Below are positions 55,647 through 64,000 of a stretch of DNA of 64,000 bases, one piece after another; position 1 is the first letter of the stretch; the number at the start of each line of letters is the position of its first letter. Origin of the DNA: Candidatus Nomurabacteria bacterium (GTDB lineage: Bacteria; Patescibacteriota; Patescibacteriia; HK-STAS-PATE-3); NCBI GenBank assembly GCA_023898465.1, contig CP060223.1, forward strand, positions 128,001 to 192,000, in the 5' to 3' direction. The position numbers and the translations under genes were made by a program. The notes under the pieces were generated by a model. The model was not told the origin of the DNA, did not search any database, and worked only from the letters and a program-made list of their open reading frames with translations.

Positions 55647-56990
55647 ATGCGTAACAGCACCCTATTTGTTTGCTCAAAATGTGATGCGCAGTATAGTAGC
55701 TGGCAGGGCCGATGTGCCGAGTGTCAGGCTTGGGGTACTCTAGAGCCAGCCAATGCCAGCGCTAGCGATCAAATGGTTAGCGCAACAAAGCCGGCTGCAG
55801 CTACACCCTTGCATGAATTACGCGGCTCAAATGTTGAGCGATTTAGTACGGGCATAGCAGAATGTGATCGCGTATTAGGTGGCGGGATAGTTCCCGGAGC
55901 AATGTTATTACTGGCTGGCGCGCCGGGTATTGGAAAATCAACTTTAGTGTTGCAACTTGCTTCCCATATTGCGAAGGGCGGCAAAGTGCTCTATGTCTCG
56001 GGTGAGGAATCCGGGGAGCAAGTAAAATTACGTCTTGATCGGCTTGGTTTATCAGCGGAAAATATTGACTTCATCAGTAGCACCGTAATTGAGCCATGCT
56101 TGGCAGCAGCTGATAAACTGAAGCCTCGCCTCATTATTTTTGATTCAGTGCAGACACTCGCTTCGTCCAGTATTCCCTCCGAGGCTGGCACTGTTGGACA
56201 AGTGCGCACGGTTACGAACCTGGCGATGCACTATGCAAAAAATCATACCGTGGCCACTTTACTCATTGGTCACGTGACAAAAGAGGGGGTAACCGCTGGT
56301 CCAAAAACACTGGAGCACTTAGTAGATACTGTACTTTCCTTAGAAGGCGATAATAAGCATCAGTTTCGCTTATTGCGTAGCAGTAAAAATCGCTTTGGCA
56401 CAACCAATGAAGTTGGAGTATTCACGCTCGAGGAAAAAGGATTACGCGAAGTTGCTAATCCATCCGAGCGCTTCTTAGAAGAACGACAGCAGGGTAGTGG
56501 ATCAGTTGTCACAGCAACGATGGAGGGCACTCGAGCTTGGTTAGCAGAGATTCAGGCTCTAGTAAATCCCTCTGTCTTTGGCATGCCGCGACGCTCAGCA
56601 ACTGGAGTTGATGGACAACGTTTGCAGCTTATTCTAGCAGTTTTAACGAGACGAGCAGGTCTGCAATTGGGGACTCAAGATGTATTTGTGAATGTGGTTG
56701 GAGGTATTAGCGTGCGTGAGCCAGCCGCCGATCTCGCTATCGCACTCGCAGTAGCTTCTGCTTTTCGAAATGTTTCGTTTGATTCACACACGGCCATGCT
56801 GGGAGAGATAGGCTTAGGCGGTGAGGTGCGAAGTGTGGGACAAATCGAGCAGCGTGTAAGAGAGCTTGAGCGTATGGATTTTAAGAGAGTGCTGGTGAGT
56901 GCAAAGACCAAGATGAAAAAAAGTGGGATTGAAATTATCCCGGTTGCCACAGTAAAGGACGCCATTACTGCTCTTTTACCAAAAGCTTAG
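55647..56990 (+). CDS. radA: DNA repair protein RadA/Sms
   Basis: N-terminal C4 zinc finger (CSKCDAQYSSWQGRCAEC). RecA-like Walker A GAPGIGKSTL. KNRFG motif. C-terminal Lon-like domain. Confidence 0.9.
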   Translation: MRNSTLFVCSKCDAQYSSWQGRCAECQAWGTLEPANASASDQMVSATKPAAATPLHELRGSNVERFSTGIAECDRVLGGGIVPGAMLLLAGAPGIGKSTLVLQLASHIAKGGKVLYVSGEESGEQVKLRLDRLGLSAENIDFISSTVIEPCLAAADKLKPRLIIFDSVQTLASSSIPSEAGTVGQVRTVTNLAMHYAKNHTVATLLIGHVTKEGVTAGPKTLEHLVDTVLSLEGDNKHQFRLLRSSKNRFGTTNEVGVFTLEEKGLREVANPSERFLEERQQGSGSVVTATMEGTRAWLAEIQALVNPSVFGMPRRSATGVDGQRLQLILAVLTRRAGLQLGTQDVFVNVVGGISVREPAADLAIALAVASAFRNVSFDSHTAMLGEIGLGGEVRSVGQIEQRVRELERMDFKRVLVSAKTKMKKSGIEIIPVATVKDAITALLPKA

Positions 56991-57586
56991 GCTTCTTTTT
57001 TCCAGTCGCCCTCACTGAAACGATTCACGCCCTTATCATGCCAGTCATGTGGGTTCGCTTTTTGGATTGCGTCCCAGATTTTCTTAGCTGATGCAGTGGA
57101 GAGCTTTTCGCGCAACATCGATTGGCGTTTTGGTCCAAAAGTTTCGTTTATCTTATTACCCTTGCTTGATTGTTCGCTTATTTCAAATTCTTGGTCAAGG
57201 ATATCAGCATCCTTCACAATCTTTGCTTCGATAGATTCCTTTGCCTGATACTCACGAAATAGCTCTACATATTCACTTCCTAGCGAAGTGTCATGGAAAA
57301 TGTCCTGGGCTGCTTTTTCTTCATTTCGGCTAGTATAGAGGCGTGATACATAGTGCACATCACCCGTTCGAGTTTCCGGTAAATCATGCACGAGGGCCAT
57401 TTTAGCAATCTTGCCCGCATCGCCCTGGTTTTCGTGTCTGGCAAGAGTAAGGGCAATCCAGATAACCCGGATAGTATGTTCGCTGTCATTGGCAAAATCA
57501 GCGTTCAGAAACTGTCGCCAAGTACGTGGAATAAAGCGAAAAGTGCCTACTTCATACAGGAATTGAATATCGCGCTCGAGGCTCAT
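56987..57586 (-). CDS. HD-domain phosphohydrolase (YfbR-like 5'-deoxynucleotidase family)
   Basis: H...HDLPETRTGD metal-binding motifs. Length 199 aa. Convergent with radA, overlapping it by 4 nt. Confidence 0.65.
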   Translation of the reverse strand: MSLERDIQFLYEVGTFRFIPRTWRQFLNADFANDSEHTIRVIWIALTLARHENQGDAGKIAKMALVHDLPETRTGDVHYVSRLYTSRNEEKAAQDIFHDTSLGSEYVELFREYQAKESIEAKIVKDADILDQEFEISEQSSKGNKINETFGPKRQSMLREKLSTASAKKIWDAIQKANPHDWHDKGVNRFSEGDWKKEA

Positions 57587-57625
57587 AGGGGTAGTGTAAT
57601 AAGGGAAGGGGAAAAAGTAAATGCG

Positions 57626-59683
57626 TTACTCCCAGTGCACTGCATCATGCCGAATTGTTTCAAGTAACCCTGGCCACTTCTCCAGGTTGACGTCTTGTTG
57701 CAATAGCTCTTTCGCAATATCGCGAGTATGAGCAATAAGCTCAATATCTTGGAGTGACGCCATGCGAAAATCAGGTAAACCGGATTGTCGGCCTCCGCGT
57801 AATTCACCGGGCCCGCGGCGCTTCAGGTCTTCTTCAGCTACGGCAAAACCGCTCCTGGTTGCCGCGAATTTTTTCAGACGACCACTTGTTTCTGATTGAC
57901 TTAAGAGGAAGCAATACGATTGGGCGTCACCTCGGCCGACTCGTCCACGAAATTGATGCAGTTGCGCTAGACCAAAACGTTCAGCATTTTCAATCACCAT
58001 CACGCTTGCATTTGGCACATCTATGCCTACCTCGATGACTGCAGTTGCTACTAGGATGTCATAGTGATGATCAGCAAAGTCACGCATAATCTTTTCTTTT
58101 TCCTTGCTCCCAAGTTTGCCGTGCAGGAGTGCTACACGGAGTTTAGGGAAGACATGCTTTTGTAATTCTTCCGCCATATGCGTGGCAGCTTTGACGCCCA
58201 GCAAGTCGGATTCATCTATGAGCGCGGTAATGACAAAAGCTTGTCGACCTTGCGCAATTTGTTGTGCAATAAAGCCGTACATTTCCTTTCGCTTTGCCTC
58301 GGGAATGAGATGCGTTCTTATAGGCTTACGATTTTTTGGCATTTCGGTGATCGTGCTGATATCCAAATCGCTATAGAGAGTAAGCGCTAGGGTGCGGGGG
58401 ATCGGCGTTGCGGTCATGGAGAGAAAGTGTGGCTCTGTACTTAATGCTGTGCCAGTTTTTTCTTTAAGGAGTTTACGCTGAGCCACCCCGAAGCGATGCT
58501 GCTCGTCAATGATGATAAGTCCGAGACTTTGGAATTGAACATCTTCAACTAACAGGGCGTGAGTGCCAATCACCAACTGGATGCTTCCCTGGCCAATTTC
58601 TTTTTTGAGCTGCGATTTTTTAATAGCATCATTTCTATTTGCCTTTGCTTGGGATCCAGTTAAAAGAGCGATAGTTATTGACGTGTCCTGCAGGGTTTTT
58701 TGTATACTTTGGAAATGCTGCTCAGCCAGTACTTCAGTTGGTGCCATGATGGCAACTTGATGTTTGCTCCACATAGTGTTAAGAGCAGCCAAGATGGCTA
58801 CTAGGGTTTTTCCTGATCCGACATCACCCTGCAGTAAGCGATTCATTGGGTGGGCCTCGTTCATGCTCTGAATAATTTCCCAGGCTGCATTACGCTGTCC
58901 ATTGGTTAAGGTGAAGGGGAGCGTCGCTACAAAGTCTTTTGTTGCTTTTTCATGAAACTCAATCTTGGGTGCTGCAGCATGATGCAGTTGTGCGCGGTGC
59001 ATTTGATTATGTAACTGGAAACGCAGCAACTCATCAAAGGCAAGTCGAGCTCGCGCGGCCCTTAGTGCAGCATAGGTTTTTGGGAAGTGAATATCCCGTA
59101 CGGCAGTCTCGAGCTTTGGTAGCTTTTCGCTTTGACGGATTTTTGTTGGTAGAGGATCTTTAATCTCTTCCACGCAGGGTAGTGCCTGTTGCACCAAGTA
59201 GCGGAGGTACTTTGGCGTCAAACCATCAGTAACTGGATAGATAGGCACAATGCGTCCGGTATGCGTTTGTTCATCCTTCACTGGCTCGAAACTTGGATTG
59301 GTCATTTGCAGGCTGCCATCCTTTGCCAGGCTTGGTGTGCCGCTGACAATTATTTCCTCGTTATTCTCTAAACTCTTGGCGATATAGGCTTGATTAAACC
59401 AGACAAGCTTCAGATAACCACTCTCATCTTTCACAGCCGCTTCAGTAATACTCATCCGGCGACGGAAGCTACGACGGGCTCCAAGCAGCTCAACATGCAC
59501 ACGCACACTCGCTGCTATCCCAGCCTGCAAGCGAGAAATAGGGATGACTTGCGAAAAATCCTCATAGCGAAAAGGGTAATGCTGCAGCAGTTGGCGTACG
59601 TTTTGGATACCGAGACGTTGAAGCGCTTGAGCGATTTTTGGTCCTACTCCACGCAGTTGGGTAAGCGGTGTTTTGAGGTCCAT
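57626..59683 (-). CDS. recG: ATP-dependent DNA helicase RecG
   Basis: 685 aa. N-terminal wedge/OB region. Helicase motif I GDVGSGKT, motif II IIDEQHRFG, and QxxGRxGR motif (HQFRGRVGRG). Confidence 0.9.
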   Translation of the reverse strand: MDLKTPLTQLRGVGPKIAQALQRLGIQNVRQLLQHYPFRYEDFSQVIPISRLQAGIAASVRVHVELLGARRSFRRRMSITEAAVKDESGYLKLVWFNQAYIAKSLENNEEIIVSGTPSLAKDGSLQMTNPSFEPVKDEQTHTGRIVPIYPVTDGLTPKYLRYLVQQALPCVEEIKDPLPTKIRQSEKLPKLETAVRDIHFPKTYAALRAARARLAFDELLRFQLHNQMHRAQLHHAAAPKIEFHEKATKDFVATLPFTLTNGQRNAAWEIIQSMNEAHPMNRLLQGDVGSGKTLVAILAALNTMWSKHQVAIMAPTEVLAEQHFQSIQKTLQDTSITIALLTGSQAKANRNDAIKKSQLKKEIGQGSIQLVIGTHALLVEDVQFQSLGLIIIDEQHRFGVAQRKLLKEKTGTALSTEPHFLSMTATPIPRTLALTLYSDLDISTITEMPKNRKPIRTHLIPEAKRKEMYGFIAQQIAQGRQAFVITALIDESDLLGVKAATHMAEELQKHVFPKLRVALLHGKLGSKEKEKIMRDFADHHYDILVATAVIEVGIDVPNASVMVIENAERFGLAQLHQFRGRVGRGDAQSYCFLLSQSETSGRLKKFAATRSGFAVAEEDLKRRGPGELRGGRQSGLPDFRMASLQDIELIAHTRDIAKELLQQDVNLEKWPGLLETIRHDAVHWE

Positions 59684-59734
59684 GACCCTAAGTGTAGCAG
59701 GGCTGGTCGGAAAAGCGAATGGAGAAAATAGCCG

Positions 59735-60604
59735 CTATTGTGCTAGATTTTTGTAGGAAATTGTCCTCTGCGGAAAAGGAATTTCAATACTTGCTTTGTC
59801 AAATTCCGACTTGACCCGCTTACGATATTCCCGCATGACATCCCATTGTCGGAGAGGTTTGGTATCACCTAATACTTTTAAGATAATTGCCGAGTCGGCA
59901 AACTGCTCAACCCCCAAGACTTTTGGCGCTTCAATAAGATCATTTTTCCAAGTCCCATCATTCATCATGTCTTGTCCAATTTGATTGAGGACTTGAATAG
60001 CGTAATCAAGATTTGTTTCATAGGCCACTCCAATATCAAGATTGAGGCGTGACCAGTACTTGGACATATTTGAAGAGGTTTTAATTTCTCCATTAGGGAT
60101 ATAATGTTGCACGCCGTCTAAATCACGTAACACGGTTCGCCGTAAATTAATGTCTTCTACCAAGCCGCCTATGCCGGCAATTTTCACTACGTCGCCTTTG
60201 CGATAGTGATTTTCGATGATGATAAACAGACCGGAGATAAGATCGCGGATAAGGTATTGACCACCAAAGCCAAATGCTAAACCAGCGACGCCGGCCGTGG
60301 CAATGAGTGGTCCAATGTTAATGCCTATCTCCGAAAGTATCATGAGTATGGCAGTGAGCCATAATACTACTCGAAGGCTGGAGATGGCGATGCTATTAAG
60401 CGTATCTTCTCGCTTACCCAGCGCGGCTTCTCGTACACCTTCTTGCGCTTCCTCATGCTGGATGCGGCGTACAATGTGATGCATACCTCGTTTAATGAGT
60501 CGTTCAATGACCACCTGCGCAATGCTCACGCCAACTAAGACAATGAGTATTTGAATACCGTGTCCGCTTAGCCAATCAAATATGGGTGTATACCATTGTT
60601 CCAT
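59735..60604 (-). CDS. mechanosensitive ion channel (MscS family)
   Basis: 289 aa. N-terminal TM helices. Conserved MscS pore/beta-domain region (ISGLFIIIENHYRKGDVVKIAGIGGLVEDINLRRTVLRDLDGVQHYIPNGEI). Confidence 0.8.
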   Translation of the reverse strand: MEQWYTPIFDWLSGHGIQILIVLVGVSIAQVVIERLIKRGMHHIVRRIQHEEAQEGVREAALGKREDTLNSIAISSLRVVLWLTAILMILSEIGINIGPLIATAGVAGLAFGFGGQYLIRDLISGLFIIIENHYRKGDVVKIAGIGGLVEDINLRRTVLRDLDGVQHYIPNGEIKTSSNMSKYWSRLNLDIGVAYETNLDYAIQVLNQIGQDMMNDGTWKNDLIEAPKVLGVEQFADSAIILKVLGDTKPLRQWDVMREYRKRVKSEFDKASIEIPFPQRTISYKNLAQ

Positions 60605-60666
60605 AGTTTTTTTGGTAAATAAAAAATAGCTCGCCTTTCATTAGTAACAAGGATGAGCGGATATGT

Positions 60667-61647
60667 CTACCCTCGATAGACGAGGTAGCTGATATAGAGG
60701 ACGTAGAGCAATAGGAAAGTGGTACCCTCCCAGCGCGTGAGCTGGTTTTTCTTCCCCACAAACATAGCCAAGAAAAGCAGAATAGTTACGCCAGCAGCAA
60801 AGATAGCATCAAAGGTAATTGTGCCACTAAAGGGAATTTGTAAGATAACTGCCGTTAGGCCCAGTACCCAGAAGACATTGAAAATGTTTGATCCGACAAT
60901 GTTGCCGATAGCAATATCATTATGTCCACGTGCAGCTGCCACAACTGAGGTAGCAAGCTCGGGAAGGGAAGTGCCAACGGCCACAACGGTGAGTCCAATA
61001 ATCGCTTCTGATAGACCGGCCAATCTCGCTAGAGTGACTGCATTATCAACAAGTAGCTGCCCACCAAAGTAGAGGCCAATAAGACCGCCTAGAATGAGTA
61101 AGGCCGAGGTTCCTGAGGGGTAGGTTTTTACATCCTCGCCTTGATCACCCTCGACACGGCTGACGGAAAAAGCATAAAACATAAAAATGAAGAATACCGC
61201 CATGAGGGTGAAACCGTCAGTTCGAGTGATTGCGTTTATCGCGCTTCCATCAAAGAAAATATCGTTTCCCATGATAACAATAAGCACTGCGGCAAGAATG
61301 GCAAAAGGGATTTCTCGCCAGACAGTTTGCCGCTTTACTTCCATTGGCCGAATAAAGGAACTGATGCCAAGAATAAGAAGAATATTGGCAATATTACTCC
61401 CGAGAATATTTCCTACCGCAATGTCAGCTGTTCCTTTAGCCGCAGAAACAATGTTTACAATAAGCTCTGGCGAGGAGGTGCCAAAAGCCACAATGGTAAG
61501 TCCAATAACTAGTGTGGAAACGCCCCAACGCTTCGCAAGTGAGGCAGCGCCTCGTACAAGTGATTCAGCGCCTACGATGAGTAGCGCGAGGCCCAACAGT
61601 AAGAGAAAAATGGCAGTAATCATGTCGTCAATAAAAGGGAAAAACAA
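60667..61647 (-). CDS. Ca2+:cation antiporter (CaCA/YrbG family)
   Basis: Two alpha-repeat signature motifs, GTSSPEL and GTSLPEL, within about 10 TM helices. Length 326 aa. Confidence 0.85.
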   Translation of the reverse strand: MFFPFIDDMITAIFLLLLGLALLIVGAESLVRGAASLAKRWGVSTLVIGLTIVAFGTSSPELIVNIVSAAKGTADIAVGNILGSNIANILLILGISSFIRPMEVKRQTVWREIPFAILAAVLIVIMGNDIFFDGSAINAITRTDGFTLMAVFFIFMFYAFSVSRVEGDQGEDVKTYPSGTSALLILGGLIGLYFGGQLLVDNAVTLARLAGLSEAIIGLTVVAVGTSLPELATSVVAAARGHNDIAIGNIVGSNIFNVFWVLGLTAVILQIPFSGTITFDAIFAAGVTILLFLAMFVGKKNQLTRWEGTTFLLLYVLYISYLVYRG

Positions 61648-61680
61648 TAAAAGTATAGCAAAAAAGAATAAAAAAAGACA

Positions 61681-61953
61681 TTAGCGAAAAGGATATCGGA
61701 CAGTGCTATAAGTGGCTTGTAACTGTGTTCGGAGATCTTGACGACCTTTTCCTCCTTTCAAATAACGATCTCTTCGTAGTGCATCAATACTTGAAATATA
61801 GATTTCTACGTAAATTAGTTTTAATGGTCTACGATACTTTGTTGATAGTACAAATCCGTTTTGATGTTTTTTAATACGATTATTAAGGTTATTCGTTGAG
61901 CCAATATAGAGCTTCTTGTCATATAAGCTTAAAAGAATATAAACGTAATACAT
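61681..61953 (-). CDS. GIY-YIG nuclease family protein (UPF0213/YhbQ-like)
   Basis: 90 aa. N-terminus YYVYILLSLYDKKLYIGSTNNLNNRIKKH contains the GIY...YIG motif. Confidence 0.8.
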   Translation of the reverse strand: MYYVYILLSLYDKKLYIGSTNNLNNRIKKHQNGFVLSTKYRRPLKLIYVEIYISSIDALRRDRYLKGGKGRQDLRTQLQATYSTVRYPFR

Positions 61954-62043
61954 AACAGAAGTGACGACATTTCGCCACGAATGTATGTATATAATGATAG
62001 TGATTGGTGTCGCGCTAAGCGCGACTTCGCACCACGCTTAGCG

Positions 62044-62120
62044 TGGTGCGCCCGGCAGGGATCGAACCTACGACCTCAGGCTCCGCAAGCCTGCGCTCTA
62101 TCCAACTGAGCTACGGGCGC
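62044..62120 (-). tRNA. tRNA-Arg (anticodon reads GCG)
   Basis: Reverse complement: GCGCCCGTAGCTCAGTTGGATAGAGCGCAGGCTTGCGGAGCCTGAGGTCGTAGGTTCGATCCCTGCCGGGCGCACCA. It folds as a cloverleaf: 7 bp acceptor stem, D-loop with A20, anticodon stem CAGGC/GCCTG with loop TTGCGGA, T-arm GTAGG-TTCGATC-CCTGC, and an encoded CCA. It is close to E. coli tRNA-Arg(ACG) apart from G34. Confidence 0.85.
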
Positions 62121-62297
62121 ATATATAATGCGTTAGATTTTAATATTGTCATCGAGATGGCCGAGGGGCCAACTGCCCGCTCGCCATCGCTTGCGCTTAG
62201 GCGCATGCGGGCGAGAGCTACGGGCGCGTATTCACGCGTAGAGATGACTATATTGAGTCGTTGCGGTAACGACCCTCGGGACTTTAGCGTATCTGCA

Positions 62298-62783
62298 CTA
62301 GAGTTTCAAGAGGCGACTAAGTGCCTCCGAAGTAGTCTCATCTTCTCGTTCTAAATCTTCCTCTAAATGCTCGAGAAGTACCTTACGGACCTCAATAGGA
62401 TTTTCGTCCTCCAAAGGGATAACGAGCATAGGTCGGAAGGTGCTTTTAAAAGGCACGTAGAGCTTTTTTACCTCTGGTGGACGATAAGCAATCCAGAAGT
62501 TTTTTAACGCTTCATATTCAAAAAAGTCGTTTCCAATATGCAGACCATCCTCGGTAATATCGATGGTGACATCTTGTGGCCTACGTCGATTTTGCAGTAC
62601 AAGTATGACCGCAATGATAATGAGGATGATGGCGAAGAGGAAATTAAATGTCAGCATGGCAAACAAGAATGACAGCGCGCCAATCACGCCAACAATCATA
62701 TACCATCGTCGGCTACGGTTATGTTGGACGTAGTCAGGGAAGTGCCAAGTGGCTAGGACTTCACCGTATTCACTGTCGGCCAT
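62298..62783 (-). CDS. hypothetical membrane protein (162 aa)
   Basis: The ORF 62298..62882 overlaps tRNA-Ser at its 5' end. The start was moved to the internal ATG at 62781..62783 (MADSEYGEV...). One TM hairpin (YMIVGVIGALSFLFAMLTFNFLFAIILIIIAVILVL) and an acidic C-terminus. Confidence 0.5.
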   Translation of the reverse strand: MADSEYGEVLATWHFPDYVQHNRSRRWYMIVGVIGALSFLFAMLTFNFLFAIILIIIAVILVLQNRRRPQDVTIDITEDGLHIGNDFFEYEALKNFWIAYRPPEVKKLYVPFKSTFRPMLVIPLEDENPIEVRKVLLEHLEEDLEREDETTSEALSRLLKL

Positions 62784-62838
62784 AGGTGTGTTGATTAATA
62801 TTGATGCGTAATGCTGTGCGATTCGTCCTGCGCTAGGG

Positions 62839-62925
62839 CGGAAGGGGTGGGATTCGAACCCACGGAACCCTTTCAGGCCCAACGGTTTTCAAGACCGTCC
62901 CTTTCGACCACTCAGGCACCCTTCC
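62839..62925 (-). tRNA. tRNA-Ser (anticodon TGA)
   Basis: Reverse complement: GGAAGGGTGCCTGAGTGGTCGAAAGGGACGGTCTTGAAAACCGTTGGGCCTGAAAGGGTTCCGTGGGTTCGAATCCCACCCCTTCCG. Anticodon stem ACGGT/ACCGT with loop CTTGAAA. Long type-II variable arm. T-arm GTGGG-TTCGAAT-CCCAC. CCA is not encoded (CCC follows). Confidence 0.85.
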
Positions 62926-63090
62926 ACCTCAGTGCAGGATCTCAATCGCGACCATTCCACAGGTTCAATTCCGTGCGTCAGGTCTTAAAAAATGCACGGC
63001 ATGAGCACTGGAATTGTACGTAAAACACCAGTTTTTTTCAAGGGGCGAGAGTGATATACTTACTATATTCACGCATTAATATCAAGAGCT

Positions 63091-63624
63091 ATGGAATCAC
63101 ACCTTGGGACGAATATGATTACGTGGTGGGTAATTTTTCCCATCCTCATTTTAGCGGCGGTCGGTATTATTTGGATGATTGCAAAAATGAAGCTCAGTCC
63201 GATGAAGCGAGCAGGGATGATTGTTGGCGGTATTTTTACCTTTATTGGTTTTTCCGTTGTGGTGCTGGGTGTGTATTATCAATTGAGTATGCATTTCTCA
63301 GGAACTTTTCAGATTTATGCGTATTCAAACTTCGCTCCAAATAATGATCCTTTTAACGAGGTGGTTGGCAGCGACGGTCGTCTACTTACCATGCAAGGCG
63401 TTAAGCAGGAAGATGGAAAAGTATTTTTTGTAAAACATCCCGATCCTGATTATCCGACGGGACTATTTGTATTCACGCCAGGTAAAATGATAGTTGCTGA
63501 GGAAAAAGATAATCAAATTACCATCCCTGAAGACGTTCCAGGATCATTATCAAATGTCACTAAAACTTCACTTTGGTGGGCGCTGACCAAGGATATTTAT
63601 CTACTTGAGTCTAAGGCAAGCTAG
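63091..63624 (+). CDS. hypothetical membrane protein
   Basis: 177 aa with two N-terminal TM helices and a soluble C-terminal domain. The alternative start ATG at 63115 (MITWWVIF...) is plausible. Confidence 0.5.
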   Translation: MESHLGTNMITWWVIFPILILAAVGIIWMIAKMKLSPMKRAGMIVGGIFTFIGFSVVVLGVYYQLSMHFSGTFQIYAYSNFAPNNDPFNEVVGSDGRLLTMQGVKQEDGKVFFVKHPDPDYPTGLFVFTPGKMIVAEEKDNQITIPEDVPGSLSNVTKTSLWWALTKDIYLLESKAS

Positions 63625-63641
63625 AGCCTATGCAATTAGTA

Positions 63642-63839
63642 TCAACTCTTTGACGGCCTTGGAGCAAAATATCGCCAGCCGAAAAAGATTAGGACTATAG
63701 CCACTAATATCAAACTCAAATACAGCAGTAAGTTTTTTGTGCTTGATTCGGCCTCTTCTGTATCATAGTGAAATGCTTCACGTACAGTAATTTCAATTGC
63801 GTCGTTAGGAACGCGAAAAGTTTGAATTACTTCTTCCAT
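63642..63839 (-). CDS. small hypothetical protein (65 aa) with C-terminal TM helix
   Basis: The only ORF in the terminal segment. Supported by the TM helix LLLYLSLILVAIVLIFFGW. Weak. Confidence 0.25.
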   Translation of the reverse strand: MEEVIQTFRVPNDAIEITVREAFHYDTEEAESSTKNLLLYLSLILVAIVLIFFGWRYFAPRPSKS

Positions 63840-64000
63840 TTTCGATATATCCGAGTTTGTCGCTACATTGATGGTAATTTTATTCTTTAACTCATTTATC
63901 CCAGAACCCGTGATTCCGTCAACAGTATAAATTATGTTATAAATTTGTTGATACCAACTATTGATTTGATTAAAGCTATATTTTACCGTATCAATTACAT

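Noticed and set aside
62044-62925. Integrated mobile element or genomic island at the tRNA-Arg/tRNA-Ser locus
   Set aside because: No integrase, recombinase or transposase ORF is present nearby. The only repeat is a 13 nt copy of the tRNA 5' end, and no flanking direct repeat matching a tRNA 3' end is present. The GIY-YIG protein is of the small YhbQ type, not a homing endonuclease.
1-64000. CRISPR arrays or cas genes
   Set aside because: No direct-repeat/spacer periodicity and no Cas-like ORFs were seen anywhere in the window.

Overview
The window reads like a chromosomal segment of a small-genome, CPR/Patescibacteria-like (Saccharibacteria-style) bacterium. This is an inference from gene content and style: weak ribosome-binding sites, some TTG/GTG starts, giant Cys-rich surface proteins, and Asn/Thr-rich linkers. 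Coding sequence runs at roughly 45% GC. There are no CRISPR arrays and no rRNA genes.

Confidently identified housekeeping genes:
- MsbA-like ABC exporter (447..2192)
- DsbD/CcdA-like thiol:disulfide membrane protein (2908..3975)
- PgeF/YfiH (9238..9966)
- HU (10189..10470)
- thioredoxin reductase (13468..14412, -)
- DksA/TraR-type zinc finger (14559..14918)
- LspA (14891..15376)
- ComM/YifB ATPase (15443..16957)
- LysM + M23 peptidase (17059..18402, -)
- LeuRS (18614..22198)
- TsaC/YrdC (23385..23999)
- KsgA/RsmA (23996..24823)
- RadA (55647..56990)
- RecG (57626..59683, -)
- MscS (59735..60604, -)
- CaCA exchanger (60667..61647, -)
- GIY-YIG protein (61681..61953, -)
- two minus-strand tRNAs: tRNA-Arg (62044..62120) and tRNA-Ser(TGA) (62839..62925)

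The most striking part is a roughly 31 kb, two-operon locus on the + strand from 24.8 to 55.6 kb. Each operon sits behind a near-consensus sigma70-like promoter.
- Operon 1 (24887..45755) encodes a small acidic Ca-binding-like secreted protein, three giant secreted proteins (2046, 1523 and about 1550 aa; Cys-rich, Ig-like and Fn3-like modules), a VirB6/TrbL-like polytopic membrane protein with a long charged tail, and a cytoplasmic hypothetical.
- Operon 2 (46269..55636) encodes a T4SS-like apparatus. It has a VirB3-like small membrane protein, a VirB4 ATPase split into two translationally coupled ORFs, two paralogous VirB2-like pilin-hairpin proteins (one fused to a lytic transglycosylase), a TolB-like beta-propeller protein and a DsbA-family oxidoreductase.
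- No coupling protein (VirD4), relaxase or VirB11 is present in the window.

Other points worth a second look:
- LeuRS carries an approximately 330 aa insertion at the CP1 junction: a serine-hydrolase-like module followed by a Ham1/ITPase-like module.
- A tandem pair of unknown-function paralogs (7035..9181) shares two 100% nucleotide-identical tracts, which looks like gene conversion.
- GC-rich segments flank the ABC transporter (1..440 and 2200..2900). The second contains a family of related hairpins with a shared core and terminator-like T-runs.
- tRNA-Arg reads with an unusual GCG anticodon.
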